Source: a plasmid. From it: a stretch of DNA of 64,000 bases. Positions 1-9,324 of the stretch are shown here, piece after piece (position 1 is the first letter of the stretch; each line of letters begins with the position of its first letter). A model generated the notes under the pieces. The model saw only the letters and a program-made list of their open reading frames with translations. It had not been told where the DNA came from and did not search any database. The stretch lies in sequence record NZ_CP083859.1. One strand, written 5' to 3'. Position numbers and translations under genes: made by a program.

Positions 1-73
1 TGCGAAAAAGACAGCGGAGAAAATCGCGCAGACTACCGAGCAGAAGCTCGTCCGGCTGCTCGCTGATACGCCC

Positions 74-1966
74 GTGCAAATCTTCCCGTACTCCCGCCTG
101 TCACACACTGACTTAAACACGCGCATCATTCCGCATACCGATCAGGAAGTGGAAGAGATGGCAGACAGCATTCAGGCAATGGGCATCCTCCAGAACCTGA
201 TCGGTGCAGAACTGCCGGACGGTACGATCGGCATTGTCGGCGGGGAAGGTCGCCGCAGAGGCACAGGCATTCTGGTGATGCGCGGTGTGCTCGATGCAGA
301 CACGCCGTTTGTTCCGGTGAAAGTCCTGCCCGTTGAGATGGCTGTGGCGGCCTCGATGATCGAGAACGGTCGACGTAAAAACATGCATCCCGCCGAGCAG
401 ATTATCGGTTTTCGTACCCTTCAGCAGGAAGGTAAAACGTCCTCTCAGATCGGCGCACTGATGGGCTATCACCCGCGCCACGTTCAGCGCTGCCTGAAGC
501 TGGCGAATCTTGCCCCCTCCCTGCTGGATGCGCTGGCGCGGGATGAAATCTCCCTTGAACAGTGTGAAGTCCTGACACTTGCTGATACTCATGAGCGTCA
601 GGAGCAGGTCTGGAAAGAGGCTGTTGAACAGTGGCGCGATCCTGCCGTACAGACTCTGCGCAAAATGGTGACCGACGACAAGATGGCCATCAGTCACCCT
701 ATGTTTGAGTATGTGGGTGAGGAAGCCTATACCGCCGCTGGCGGTACGCTGACCGCCGACCTGTTCAGCGACAGGGACAGCACCTTTGCCGATGCGGCGC
801 TGGTGAAATCTCTGCTGGCTGGCAAGCTCACCGTGCTCGCCGCTCGCGTTAAGCAGGAGCAGGGCTGGGGCTGGGCTGAGTTCCGTATGACGGAACTGCG
901 TGCCAGCGGTGAGGACGGTGAACAGTACCGTTTTGCGATGCCGAAAGCTGTCCTGACGGAAGAAGAACAGAAGCGCGTCAGTGAGCTGGAAGAACAAAGG
1001 GATGCCACTGAAAGCTACGATTACGAATACGAGCTTCAGCAGGATATCGATGACATTTACTGCGAGGCGCAGTACCGCGAAGCCACGCCGGAATTTCGCG
1101 CCGCGCACGGAATCTGGGTGTCATGGGACGGTAGCAATTTTCAGGTTCAGCCTGGTATCCGCAAGCTGACCGACGAAGACCGGGTAGCTGAAGAACAGGC
1201 GCGTCAGGAACGTGAAAGCAATGTGATCAGACACACCACGCCTGAAATTCCCGCCGACGCCTATCCGGCAACGCTGGTAAAAGCTATGTCAGCCGAACGG
1301 ACTCTCGCCGTTCAGGCCGAACTGGCGGGTCGTCCCGACGTATCGGTGGCGCTGCTGACGTGGACACTGTGCCTCAGTATGTTTGACCGCAGCTACGGTA
1401 AACGCAGCGAACCGCTGAAAGCCTCCGTGTCCTCGAATCAGTATCACCTTGCATCACTGGCTCCATCCGGTGAAGAAGGGAAGGCGCTGACGGCGCTCAA
1501 AGCGCAGAAAGAGGCGCTTCAGGCAACGCTGCCCGAAAACTGGCATCTCGATTTCACGTGGCTGCTTTCATGGTCAGCGGAGCAGGTGAACACCCTGCTG
1601 GGATTCTGTGCCGCGCACGGTATCAACGGTATTCAGGAACGTATGTACAACCATACGCAGAAAAGCGAACTGGACGGGCTGGAAGCGGCGCTGGACTTTG
1701 ACCTGCGCAAATGGTGGCAGCCGGATGCTGAGAGCTACTTCGGCAAGCTCACCATCGCCCAGATTGGCAAAGCCTACGAAGAAGCCGGACTCAGTGCCCG
1801 CGCCGGAGAGATTGTGAAGCTCAAGCGCCGCGATGCGGCGAAGGCCGCCGAGCAGGATCTGAATGCTCAGGGCTGGCTGCCTGACTGGATGGTGCGCACA
1901 TCACCAACCGCTGAGGCTGAAGAAGCCACCGAAACCGACGCTCACACCACTGACCACGCTGCTTAA
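74..1966 (+). CDS. ParB-like nuclease domain protein of the F-type leading region
   Basis: 630-aa ORF. Its N-terminus has a ParB/Srx-like motif (IIPHTDQEVEEMADSIQAMGILQNLI). It sits immediately upstream of psiB, as in F-like plasmids. Confidence 0.7.
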   Translation: MQIFPYSRLSHTDLNTRIIPHTDQEVEEMADSIQAMGILQNLIGAELPDGTIGIVGGEGRRRGTGILVMRGVLDADTPFVPVKVLPVEMAVAASMIENGRRKNMHPAEQIIGFRTLQQEGKTSSQIGALMGYHPRHVQRCLKLANLAPSLLDALARDEISLEQCEVLTLADTHERQEQVWKEAVEQWRDPAVQTLRKMVTDDKMAISHPMFEYVGEEAYTAAGGTLTADLFSDRDSTFADAALVKSLLAGKLTVLAARVKQEQGWGWAEFRMTELRASGEDGEQYRFAMPKAVLTEEEQKRVSELEEQRDATESYDYEYELQQDIDDIYCEAQYREATPEFRAAHGIWVSWDGSNFQVQPGIRKLTDEDRVAEEQARQERESNVIRHTTPEIPADAYPATLVKAMSAERTLAVQAELAGRPDVSVALLTWTLCLSMFDRSYGKRSEPLKASVSSNQYHLASLAPSGEEGKALTALKAQKEALQATLPENWHLDFTWLLSWSAEQVNTLLGFCAAHGINGIQERMYNHTQKSELDGLEAALDFDLRKWWQPDAESYFGKLTIAQIGKAYEEAGLSARAGEIVKLKRRDAAKAAEQDLNAQGWLPDWMVRTSPTAEAEEATETDAHTTDHAA

Positions 1967-2003
1967 TACCGGAGGCCGCCGCCTTCGGGCGGCGGGAACA
2001 GAC

Positions 2004-2438
2004 ATGACTATGCAATATGACCTGAACCAAATCAACAAACTGACCGCCTCCGACCTGGAGTTTATCCGTCAGCAGGGCGAGGACGCGCGCCGCGCCCTCA
2101 GCGATACCGTGACCGGCCTCCTGTCGACACCAGAAGGATGGCGCGTCTGCGCCGAATACCGCAGCGAGTTCGGCGGCTTCTTCCCCGTCCAGTGCCGCTT
2201 CAGCGCGGACGGCAGCGATGACTGGCATCTGTGCGTGTGCAGCCCCGGCGAAGTCTCGCCTTACTGGCTTCTGGTACTGCTCTCCTCCGGCGGGGAAGTG
2301 GTGCGTACCCTTTACCAGAGTGACACGCTACAGCCTGACCGGATAAGCCAGCTGATCGCGCAGCTGGCAGGTATGCGCCGCTTTAACTGCACTGCCCGCA
2401 CCGTGGCGAACCTGATGAGCGGGGATGTGACAGCATGA
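2004..2438 (+). CDS. psiB: Plasmid SOS inhibition protein PsiB
   Basis: The translation MTMQYDL...EYRSEFGGFFPVQCRF...CSPGEVS matches F PsiB (GEYGSEFGGFFPVQVRF...CSPGDVS). The ATG at 2004 lies inside the longer tool ORF 1863-2438. Confidence 0.85.
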   Translation: MTMQYDLNQINKLTASDLEFIRQQGEDARRALSDTVTGLLSTPEGWRVCAEYRSEFGGFFPVQCRFSADGSDDWHLCVCSPGEVSPYWLLVLLSSGGEVVRTLYQSDTLQPDRISQLIAQLAGMRRFNCTARTVANLMSGDVTA

Positions 2439-3163
2439 TCCCATCCTCACACGCGCTCGTTTCCCTGAAGCCCGCCCGTCAGGCTGCAATACAGGCTATC
2501 AGCCATGTTGAGTCTGCCCGCGAACGCGGCGCACGACTGCCCGCCATGCCGTATGTGCGTACCTTTCTGCGTCTTCTCACGGGCAGCGGACGCCTCAACG
2601 CCACGGTGGCCAGTAAAATACCTGGCCTGCACTGGGTGCCAAATAACCGTCATTCGAACCTGAAACAGGTCGAGGAGGCGCTTAACACGATGATCGCCAC
2701 CAGTGGCGAAGCCTGCCCGCTGCCGCTCACGATTGACGTACAGGCCGAACTGTTTCCTGAGGTCATGCACACCCGCACGGGTCGACGGCTGCACCGGTCC
2801 GGCATTAAGACCACGCGCCAGCTGCGCCGCCAGTCCCGTGAGTACGAACAGCACTGGAAACTGCGCCAGAACCTGCTGGAGCAGGCGAAAATTGACCTGA
2901 ATTTTCAGTCTCCGGAAACCGTCTGCACCTGGTACACCCGGTGGAGCGACGAGTTTGACGCGGCAGAGCTTGCCGGACCGTTCTGGCGCTGGCAGTCGCG
3001 GTTCGCGTCGCTGAAGGAACTTGACTGGCTTCGCATCAGCGGTGAGCCGCTGTATACAGTGATGTATGAAATCCCGTTTATTGTCCGAGAAACACCTGAG
3101 CATGTTCGTGTCGCTGAACGCTGGCAGGTGCCAAATAAGCTGGCTGACCGGAGCGGTGTATGA
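2435..3163 (+). CDS. psiA: Plasmid SOS inhibition protein PsiA
   Basis: 242 aa, directly downstream of psiB with an ATGA start/stop overlap. The N-terminus MIPSSHALVSL..ARERG resembles F PsiA. Confidence 0.8.
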   Translation: MIPSSHALVSLKPARQAAIQAISHVESARERGARLPAMPYVRTFLRLLTGSGRLNATVASKIPGLHWVPNNRHSNLKQVEEALNTMIATSGEACPLPLTIDVQAELFPEVMHTRTGRRLHRSGIKTTRQLRRQSREYEQHWKLRQNLLEQAKIDLNFQSPETVCTWYTRWSDEFDAAELAGPFWRWQSRFASLKELDWLRISGEPLYTVMYEIPFIVRETPEHVRVAERWQVPNKLADRSGV

Positions 3164-3486
3164 AGTGGCGCTATTCCCTGCGCTGGAAATTGCCGCACAA
3201 GCCCTGCCCAGGTCTACTGGAGCTGGTTTCAGTTGTCGTGGAGGCAGGGCAGGCGGCACCTGAGGAGGTGATGGCACGCTGGGTTGCTGGCTCAGGTTAC
3301 GCTGTTTGCGTGGATTTTCTCGGTCAGAAACAGATCCAGCGCTGGAGCGATGAACGGAAAGCCGCAGTGAGAAGGCGCAATATGCAGGCACGGATTAATC
3401 GTGTTGCCCCTTTGTTTGCCGATGAGTTAATCGAGCGTGAGCTGGCTGCAAGTCAGGCATATTTCAATGGCAAGTCCGCCCGATGA
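3160..3486 (+). CDS. hypothetical protein, translationally coupled to psiA
   Basis: 108-aa ORF whose ATG overlaps the psiA TGA (ATGA). No recognisable domain. Confidence 0.45.
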   Translation: MKWRYSLRWKLPHKPCPGLLELVSVVVEAGQAAPEEVMARWVAGSGYAVCVDFLGQKQIQRWSDERKAAVRRRNMQARINRVAPLFADELIERELAASQAYFNGKSAR

Positions 3487-3541
3487 ATCAGATACAATGT
3501 TGTCTGACTGCTCAGACAAAACATATAAGGAAAGCAGAATT

Positions 3542-3916
3542 ATGAGGTACTGGTTGCTCGTTATCTTCCTGAACGTGCTGTTCTATTTAATCGTTAAGCA
3601 TGCTGCGCCAGAATGGCATGGTACGCCTGGTTATTATGCAGGCCAGATCATCTGCACACTAATAGCTCTGGTCATCACATGGCGTGATCCGCCTGGCTGG
3701 TTAAATGAAATCCTGCTCGGCGTAATGAAATACGGAGTTCTGAGTGCCGGGATCATCTTCTTTGTCTGGGGCGTCGGGTACAAGCTGGCATTCTGGGGGC
3801 AGGGTAATTCTGATGCCGAATTTGTAAGTGCATTTGACGTCATTTTGCCCAATCTTGCGCTGGTCACGGGCGTAGTGATCGCGGGATGGGGATACCTGAG
3901 ATATTTCAGGCGTTAA
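3542..3916 (+). CDS. small hydrophobic membrane protein
   Basis: Internal ATG with an upstream AAGGAAAGCAG ribosome-binding site. About three hydrophobic helices (WLLVIFLNVLFYLIV, ICTLIALVI, VLSAGIIFFVWGVG). Confidence 0.5.
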   Translation: MRYWLLVIFLNVLFYLIVKHAAPEWHGTPGYYAGQIICTLIALVITWRDPPGWLNEILLGVMKYGVLSAGIIFFVWGVGYKLAFWGQGNSDAEFVSAFDVILPNLALVTGVVIAGWGYLRYFRR

Positions 3917-3954
3917 GCAGCATAAAGCGTGGATATACCTGGTAAGAAAGAGCA

Positions 3955-4072
3955 CCTGCCCGGTATAATCGACGTGGCGCTTGAGGCTTTTTGCCTCATG
4001 ACGTGAAGGTGGTTTGTTGCCGTGTTGTGTGGCAGAAAGCAGAAAGCCCCGTAGTTAATTTTCATTAACCCA
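3955..4072 (+). promoter_or_regulatory. candidate hok/flm promoter and mRNA leader remnant, separated from mok/hok by IS150
   Basis: TATAAT at 3964-3969 lies about 110 bp upstream of the IS150 insertion point. By analogy with hok/sok loci, the hok promoter, tac and sok target should lie just 5' of mok. Confidence 0.3.
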
Positions 4073-4119
4073 TGTACTGCACCCATTTTGTTGGACGATG
4101 AAATGGAATAGTCCCTGAT

Positions 4120-4641
4120 ATGTCAAAGCCAAAATACCCCTTCGAAAAGCGCCTTGAAGTCGTGAATCACTACTTCACAACTGATGATGGTTACAGGATC
4201 ATCTCTGCACGTTTTGGTGTGCCTCGAACCCAGGTCAGGACGTGGGTTGCCCTCTATGAAAAACATGGAGAAAAAGGTTTAATTCCCAAACCTAAAGGCG
4301 TTAGTGCTGATCCAGAGTTGCGCATTAAGGTCGTGAAAGCCGTGACCGAGCAGCAGATGTCCCTCAATCAGGCTGCTGCTCACTTTATGCTTGCTGGTAG
4401 TGGTTCTGTAGCCAAGTGGCTGAAAGTCTATGAGGAGCACGGAGAAGCTGGTTTACGCGCACTCAAGATCGGCACCAAAAGAAACATTACAATGTCAGTT
4501 GATCCAGAAAAAGCGGCGTTAGCATTGGAGCTGTCGAAAGACCGACGTATTGAGGATCTTGAAAGACAAGTTCGATTCCTTGAAATGCGGCTTACGTATC
4601 TAAAAAAGCTGAAAGCCTTAGCTCATCCCGCGAAAAAGTGA
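4120..4641 (+). CDS. insJ: IS150 OrfA (InsJ-like, HTH)
   Basis: 173 aa, MSKPKYPFEKRLEVVNHYFTTDDGYRIISARFGVPRTQVRTW, a near match to IS150 InsJ from memory. Confidence 0.9.
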   Translation: MSKPKYPFEKRLEVVNHYFTTDDGYRIISARFGVPRTQVRTWVALYEKHGEKGLIPKPKGVSADPELRIKVVKAVTEQQMSLNQAAAHFMLAGSGSVAKWLKVYEEHGEAGLRALKIGTKRNITMSVDPEKAALALELSKDRRIEDLERQVRFLEMRLTYLKKLKALAHPAKK

Positions 4642-5489
4642 AAGTACTCAACGAGCTAAGGCAGTTTTACCCTCTTGATGAGCTTCTCAAGGCAGCGGAG
4701 ATACCGCGCAGTACGTTTTATTACCATCTAAAGGCTCTCAGCAAGCCTGATAAGTATGCGGATGTTAAAAAGCGTATTGGTGAGATTTATCACGAGAATA
4801 AAGGTCGTTACGGATACCGTAGGGTAACGTTGTCTCTCCATCGAGACGGGGAACGGATTAACCATAAAGCCGTTCAGCGCCTGATGGGAACCCTCTCGCT
4901 TAAGGCAGCGATTAAGGTCAAACGATACAGCTCCTACAGAGGAGAGGTAGGGCAAACCGCCCCCAATGTTCTCCAAAGGGATTTCAAGGCTACACGGCCA
5001 AACGAGAAGTGGGTTACCGACGTTACTGAATTTGCAGTCAATGGGCGAAAGCTGTATTTGTCTCCAGTAATAGATCTCTTCAACAACGAAGTTATTTCTT
5101 ACAGCCTGTCGGAAAGACCTGTGATGAACATGGTCGAGAATATGCTCGATCAGGCATTCAAAAAGCTTAAGCCTCACGAGCATCCTATTCTGCACTCTGA
5201 CCAGGGATGGCAGTATCGTATGAGAAGGTATCAAAACATCCTTAAAGAACAAGGCATTACACAGAGCATGTCCAGAAAAGGCAATTGTCTGGATAATGCA
5301 GTCGTGGAATGTTTCTTTGGAACCTTAAAGTCGGAGTGTTTTTATCTTGACGAGTTCAGTAATATAAGCGAACTGAAGGATGCTGTTACGGAATATATTG
5401 ACTACTACAACAGCAGAAGAATTAGCCTGAAATTAAAAGGTCTGAGTCCAATTGAATATCGAACCCAGACCTATGTGCCTCGTGTTTAA
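4638..5489 (+). CDS. insK: IS150 OrfB (InsK-like DDE transposase), normally made as an OrfAB fusion by -1 frameshifting
   Basis: 283 aa with an rve-type DDE core (WVTDVTEF ... HSDQGWQY ... [19 protein letters not shown]). It overlaps the orfA 3' end in the -1 frame. Confidence 0.85.
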   Translation: MKVLNELRQFYPLDELLKAAEIPRSTFYYHLKALSKPDKYADVKKRIGEIYHENKGRYGYRRVTLSLHRDGERINHKAVQRLMGTLSLKAAIKVKRYSSYRGEVGQTAPNVLQRDFKATRPNEKWVTDVTEFAVNGRKLYLSPVIDLFNNEVISYSLSERPVMNMVENMLDQAFKKLKPHEHPILHSDQGWQYRMRRYQNILKEQGITQSMSRKGNCLDNAVVECFFGTLKSECFYLDEFSNISELKDAVTEYIDYYNSRRISLKLKGLSPIEYRTQTYVPRV

Positions 5490-5531
5490 CTGTCCAACTT
5501 TTTGGGGTCAGTACACCACGAGGCCACCTGT

Positions 5532-5744
5532 ATGCCTAGACAACATCAGGATAGCCTCTTAGATGCCGCAAGGCAAGGAGAAGAAGGCCATGAAACTGCC
5601 ACGAAATACCCTGCTCTGGTGCGTATTAATAGTGTGTCTCACACTGCTGATATTCACTTACCTGACACGGAAATCGCTCTGCGAAATCCGATACAGGGAC
5701 ACGAACAGGGAGGTGGCAGCTTTTATGGCTTACGAATCCGCTAA
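5532..5744 (+). CDS. mok: Mok (modulation of killing) reading frame overlapping hok
   Basis: ATG at 5532 in the frame that overlaps hok and ends 4 nt before the hok stop. This is the standard mok/hok arrangement. The tool's upstream TTG start at 5502 lies inside the IS150 right end. Confidence 0.55.
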   Translation: MPRQHQDSLLDAARQGEEGHETATKYPALVRINSVSHTADIHLPDTEIALRNPIQGHEQGGGSFYGLRIR

Positions 5745-5748
5745 GTAG
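5590..5748 (+). CDS. hok: Hok/Gef family membrane toxin
   Basis: The 52-aa product [52 protein letters not shown] is a near-canonical Hok sequence. Confidence 0.85.
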   Translation: MKLPRNTLLWCVLIVCLTLLIFTYLTRKSLCEIRYRDTNREVAAFMAYESAK

Positions 5749-6623
5749 CTAACCCCGGCGGGGGGACCCCCCCCCGCCATTCAGGGGCTGAGACTGTGTG
5801 GACATGCCTGAAGCGCCTTTATGAAGGGGTTGCCGGTTCGCCGGTAGCCCCTTTTTCCATCCCGAAGGGTGCAGTCGCATGCATGAACAACCCGGAAGGT
5901 CTGTTCCCCTGCGGGGAACGGGGGAAGGGGGACGCGCCTTCGGCGCTGCCCCTCTGCTCCCTCCGCCTTGCCCTCTCTCCTGCCTGATTTTGCTGAAGTC
6001 AGCGCGCCATTAGTTACCTGCCTGTATCTGGCTTCAGCCTGGTTTTCCCTGTGTTCTTCATCCCGGGCGTCATATCCGTCGTCCTGCTGGTTAACTTCCT
6101 CAGCTGCAGCTCCGTGGCCATAACCCGAAAACAGGGCAGGGCGATGGCCCCCTTCGGCTCCCGGCCAGCGCTGCTGTCCGGTCGTCGAGCCCCACTCCGC
6201 CAGGGCGGCCGCTGCGCACCCGCCAGGCTCCGCCGAACCCCTCCGGGTTTCGGGCCATACGGCTAGGGTCTGATGGCGAAGGTCAAGGGCTGCGGCTTCT
6301 CCGGCCGTGCCGTCCGGAACGCCTTCACCGCGCCGGCTGATGCCGTCGCTTTAATGGCGCCACGCCGTTCCGACGTGTCGGGTGTGTGCATCCTGTTCCC
6401 CCGGTGAAGCCATCCCCCGTGTGTCCTCACGCGGAGGGCTGCTTGTAGCACCGTCGGGTCGTCATCCAAGGGGTGAAATGCACTCCGCCAAAACTTTTTT
6501 TCGTGCCGCAAAAACTTTAGTCTCCGCCCCTTTCCTTCCGCCCTTCGCCGTTGCTCCTTTGCCCTTTGCCGCGAGAGAACTCACCAGGGAGATGGACTGC
6601 CATCACCACAGGAGAAAACCAGG

Positions 6624-6917
6624 ATGCACACACGAAACGTCAACGTCAAAACCGCCGCTCAAGAATCTACCGGAAGATGTGATTCAAACCTCACCACGTC
6701 CCAGTTTACGGATCTGTTTTGCTGGGTCCTGGCCGCATCGGAAGGGGAGCCACAACCGGTAATTTTTACGCCGCCAGAGAATGCCACTGAGCTGACGTTA
6801 ATAAATGACGAATGCCCGGATTATATCTCTGTCTGGGTTGTAGATGGTCGCCCGGTGGCAGCTGCAATCCCGCTGGATAATTTTCACCGCGTTATTTCTT
6901 CATCTCTTACTAAATAA
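6624..6917 (+). CDS. hypothetical leading-region protein
   Basis: 97-aa ORF with an AGGAG ribosome-binding site 7 nt upstream, immediately preceding the DUF932 gene. Confidence 0.5.
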   Translation: MHTRNVNVKTAAQESTGRCDSNLTTSQFTDLFCWVLAASEGEPQPVIFTPPENATELTLINDECPDYISVWVVDGRPVAAAIPLDNFHRVISSSLTK

Positions 6918-6933
6918 TCAGGAGTAAATAAAA

Positions 6934-7755
6934 ATGGTCAGTTTCGCAAGCCGCTATCGTATGCCTGCCTCGATCCGCAAAGACCGTCCGCTGACGAATG
7001 ATGAATTACAGCGCATCGTTCCGAGCGCGTTCTCATCGGATAAACACGATTCACGCTCTGAACGTTATACGTATATCCCGACCATTAACATTCTTGATCG
7101 CTTACGTGATGAAGGTTTTCAGCCATATTATGCAACGCAGTCACGTACACGTGACCAGGATAAAAGCGACTTTACAAAGCATATGCTTCGCCTGCGCCGT
7201 CATGACCAGATTAACGGAAAAGAAGTGCCGGAAATTATTCTGCTGAATAGCCATGATGGTTCAAGCAGCTATAAAATGATCCCCGGCATGTTCCGTCAGG
7301 TTTGCAGTAATGGTCTGGTTGCATGGAAGGATTTTGGTGAAATCCGCGTACCCCACAAAGGGGATATTGTCGGGCAGGTTATTGAAGGCGCTTACACGGT
7401 GCTGAAAACATTCGACGCGGTTGATGAAAATATAGACCTCATGAAAAGCATTCAGCTCACTTTGCCTGAGCAGCGCCTTTTTGGTGCGACCGCCCTGGAA
7501 CTTAAATACGATGGAAAACCAGCGCCGATTACACCGGAGCAAATTATTAACCCTCGCCGTGTGCTCGACAGAGGCCAGGATTTATGGACCACGTTTAACG
7601 TGGTGCAGGAAAATGTGATCCGTGGGGGAATTCGTGGCAGAACGGAAAAAGGGAAGATGACCAGAACGCGGGAAGTCACCGGAATAGATGGTGACATCAA
7701 ATTAAATCAGGTGCTCTGGAAAATGGCGGAGGAGTTTGCAAAACTGAAGGCCTAA
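6934..7755 (+). CDS. DUF932-family protein (F orf273-like leading-region gene)
   Basis: 273 aa. Its position and length match the conserved DUF932 gene next to gene X in F-like leading regions. Confidence 0.75.
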   Translation: MVSFASRYRMPASIRKDRPLTNDELQRIVPSAFSSDKHDSRSERYTYIPTINILDRLRDEGFQPYYATQSRTRDQDKSDFTKHMLRLRRHDQINGKEVPEIILLNSHDGSSSYKMIPGMFRQVCSNGLVAWKDFGEIRVPHKGDIVGQVIEGAYTVLKTFDAVDENIDLMKSIQLTLPEQRLFGATALELKYDGKPAPITPEQIINPRRVLDRGQDLWTTFNVVQENVIRGGIRGRTEKGKMTRTREVTGIDGDIKLNQVLWKMAEEFAKLKA

Positions 7756-7783
7756 AAATTAAGCCGCTCAACAGAGCGGCTTT

Positions 7784-8323
7784 TTACTGCACGCTATGTG
7801 ACGATGCTGTTTCTGCAATTTTAATATCATGCTCCTTTCCCGCAGCTGGCGCGAGACGTTCTGAAAGTAACTTTTTTCTGGCCAGTAATACACGATATAT
7901 ATTTTTGATATCCTGTGCATAGGCCTTGCGCTGTACAATGAGCTTTTTGCTCGGTCCAGTATTATACATCCCCACGCTGTCCCAGTTTTTCCCGTATGAC
8001 CGAAAGTTGTGCGCCAGTACCCATGCTCCCGTATAAACGCAGATACATGGATCATTTAACAGGCGCTCACGGGTAATATTGAAGTTTTTAAGTTTACCGT
8101 AATGGGAACTGTTCACCTGCATACCGCAGACATCTTCCGTTCCATTCCTGTTTGATCCATTTATCGCATCCGGTACAAGATGGCTCTCTTTAATCGAAAT
8201 TGACATAAGCAGCAGCGGATCAATTTGGTAATCTTTCCCGGCCTGATCAAAGCACATCTGCGGAGCTGCGCCAGCAGATAGTGAAAGAGTCAGTAAAGCA
8301 GCAGGCAGTAACGATATTTTCAT
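7784..8323 (-). CDS. Lytic transglycosylase (F gene X/orf169-like, SLT domain) with signal peptide
   Basis: MKISLLPAALLTLSLSAGA signal peptide, then the SLT motifs LLMSISIKESHL and AYNTGP-like (MYNTGPSK). Located between the leading region and oriT, as in F. Confidence 0.85.
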   Translation of the reverse strand: MKISLLPAALLTLSLSAGAAPQMCFDQAGKDYQIDPLLLMSISIKESHLVPDAINGSNRNGTEDVCGMQVNSSHYGKLKNFNITRERLLNDPCICVYTGAWVLAHNFRSYGKNWDSVGMYNTGPSKKLIVQRKAYAQDIKNIYRVLLARKKLLSERLAPAAGKEHDIKIAETASSHSVQ

Positions 8324-8399
8324 GGTTTGGCCTTTTAGCGAAATAAACGGGCTCTGGAGAGGCGCTTTAAAAAATACCCCGGCGGATCGTCGCAATCAA

Positions 8400-8890
8400 G
8401 TAAATTCACTACAAACGCGCCTGAGCGCTCTCCTGAAGGGATTTAACACCTGTCCGAAATAAACATGCCAGAACGGTATACGGTATTAACATGCCGCTCT
8501 TTACTAACCCTTTAAAACATCACACCCCACGCAAGACTTCGTCTTGCAGATTTTTCCTTTCATTTCAGTGGGATGTTTGTAAGAAATTTGCGCGCTTTTG
8601 GAATGTGACCGTTTAATGTCGTACATACCGACACTACACTATCGTATAATCCTGATACCTGTTAGTGTCGGTATGTCACACATGTATCATACAATTGTAG
8701 ATATGCTTTAATTACATTGAATTATATATCGCACAGTGTCACACTATCGCACATCATAGTGCTGGATTGTACTACTGTATAGAACAGAAATGCACAGCAG
8801 TATCAACCCATTACAGCCTTGCACAGCAATGTGGAAATCCACCAACAGGCCATACATAGTGTCGGTTCCGACACTAACTTAAAACAGGTA
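8400..8890. other. oriT: F-like oriT region (nic site, TraM-binding inverted repeats, traM promoters)
   Basis: The reverse complement of 8505-8536 reads GCGTGGGGTGT/GATGTTTTAAAGGG, against the F nic GCGTGGGGTGT/GGTGCTTTTGG. That puts nic near 8521/8522 on the minus strand. Inverted repeats ATACCGACACT/AGTGTCGGTAT (8627-8675) and AGTGTCGGTTCCGACACT (8860-8878) are TraM-site-like. The region is AT-rich and non-coding between gene X and traM. Confidence 0.75.
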
Positions 8891-8896
8891 AGAAAT

Positions 8897-9292
8897 ATGG
8901 GAAGAGTCGGCATCTACCTTAAAGATAAAATTGAACGCGAAGTTCGCGATATTGTTCAACAAGACCTGCAGAACGGCGCTAATGCTGGAGAAGCAAACAT
9001 ATCAGCTACCTGCAACGAATTAATCCGGCTTGGACTGCTTGTTTATAAACGCGATGGCGAGGATGGCAATCAATTTGATATCGAAGGATATCGAAGAGAC
9101 CTCATAAGAAAAGCAGCCGGCTCACGCGAAGGCACAGTTCTCATTGCCACCCTAATCGCTGAGATGTATTTAAAAATGACAGGAAAAGACGGCGAAGGCA
9201 GCCTTGAAGATACGCTTGATATGATTTTAAGCGGCATAAACACAGCCGAGAACGAAGCAGAAGCAAGGCACTTCATCAACGAAAAAGAATAA
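8897..9292 (+). CDS. traM: TraM (relaxosome accessory protein)
   Basis: 131 aa starting MGRVGIYLKDKIEREVRDIV, an RHH-like N-terminus, found immediately after oriT. The tool ORF 8819-9292 has an upstream extension. Confidence 0.85.
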   Translation: MGRVGIYLKDKIEREVRDIVQQDLQNGANAGEANISATCNELIRLGLLVYKRDGEDGNQFDIEGYRRDLIRKAAGSREGTVLIATLIAEMYLKMTGKDGEGSLEDTLDMILSGINTAENEAEARHFINEKE

Positions 9293-9324
9293 ATCTGTGA
9301 GCCGGACACCCCGGCCCACATCGA

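Larger units (their letters stand above)
4073..5515 (+). mobile_element. IS150 (IS3 family), complete at 1443 bp with a 3-bp target duplication CCA
   Basis: The terminal inverted repeats are TGTACTGCACCCATTTTGTTGGAC at 4073 and GTCCAACTTTTTGGGGTCAGTACA ending at 5515. CCA sits directly on both sides (4070-4072 and 5516-5518). The length equals IS150. Confidence 0.9.

Noticed and set aside
113-1108. 331-aa minus-strand ORF antisense to the ParB-like gene
   Set aside because: It lies wholly inside a better-supported plus-strand gene with recognisable ParB motifs. It is a shadow ORF.
5796-6511. Short ORFs (63-82 aa) in the GC-rich leading-region block
   Set aside because: They overlap on both strands and give Pro/Arg/Ala-rich, low-complexity translations. 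The region is better explained as structured non-coding DNA.
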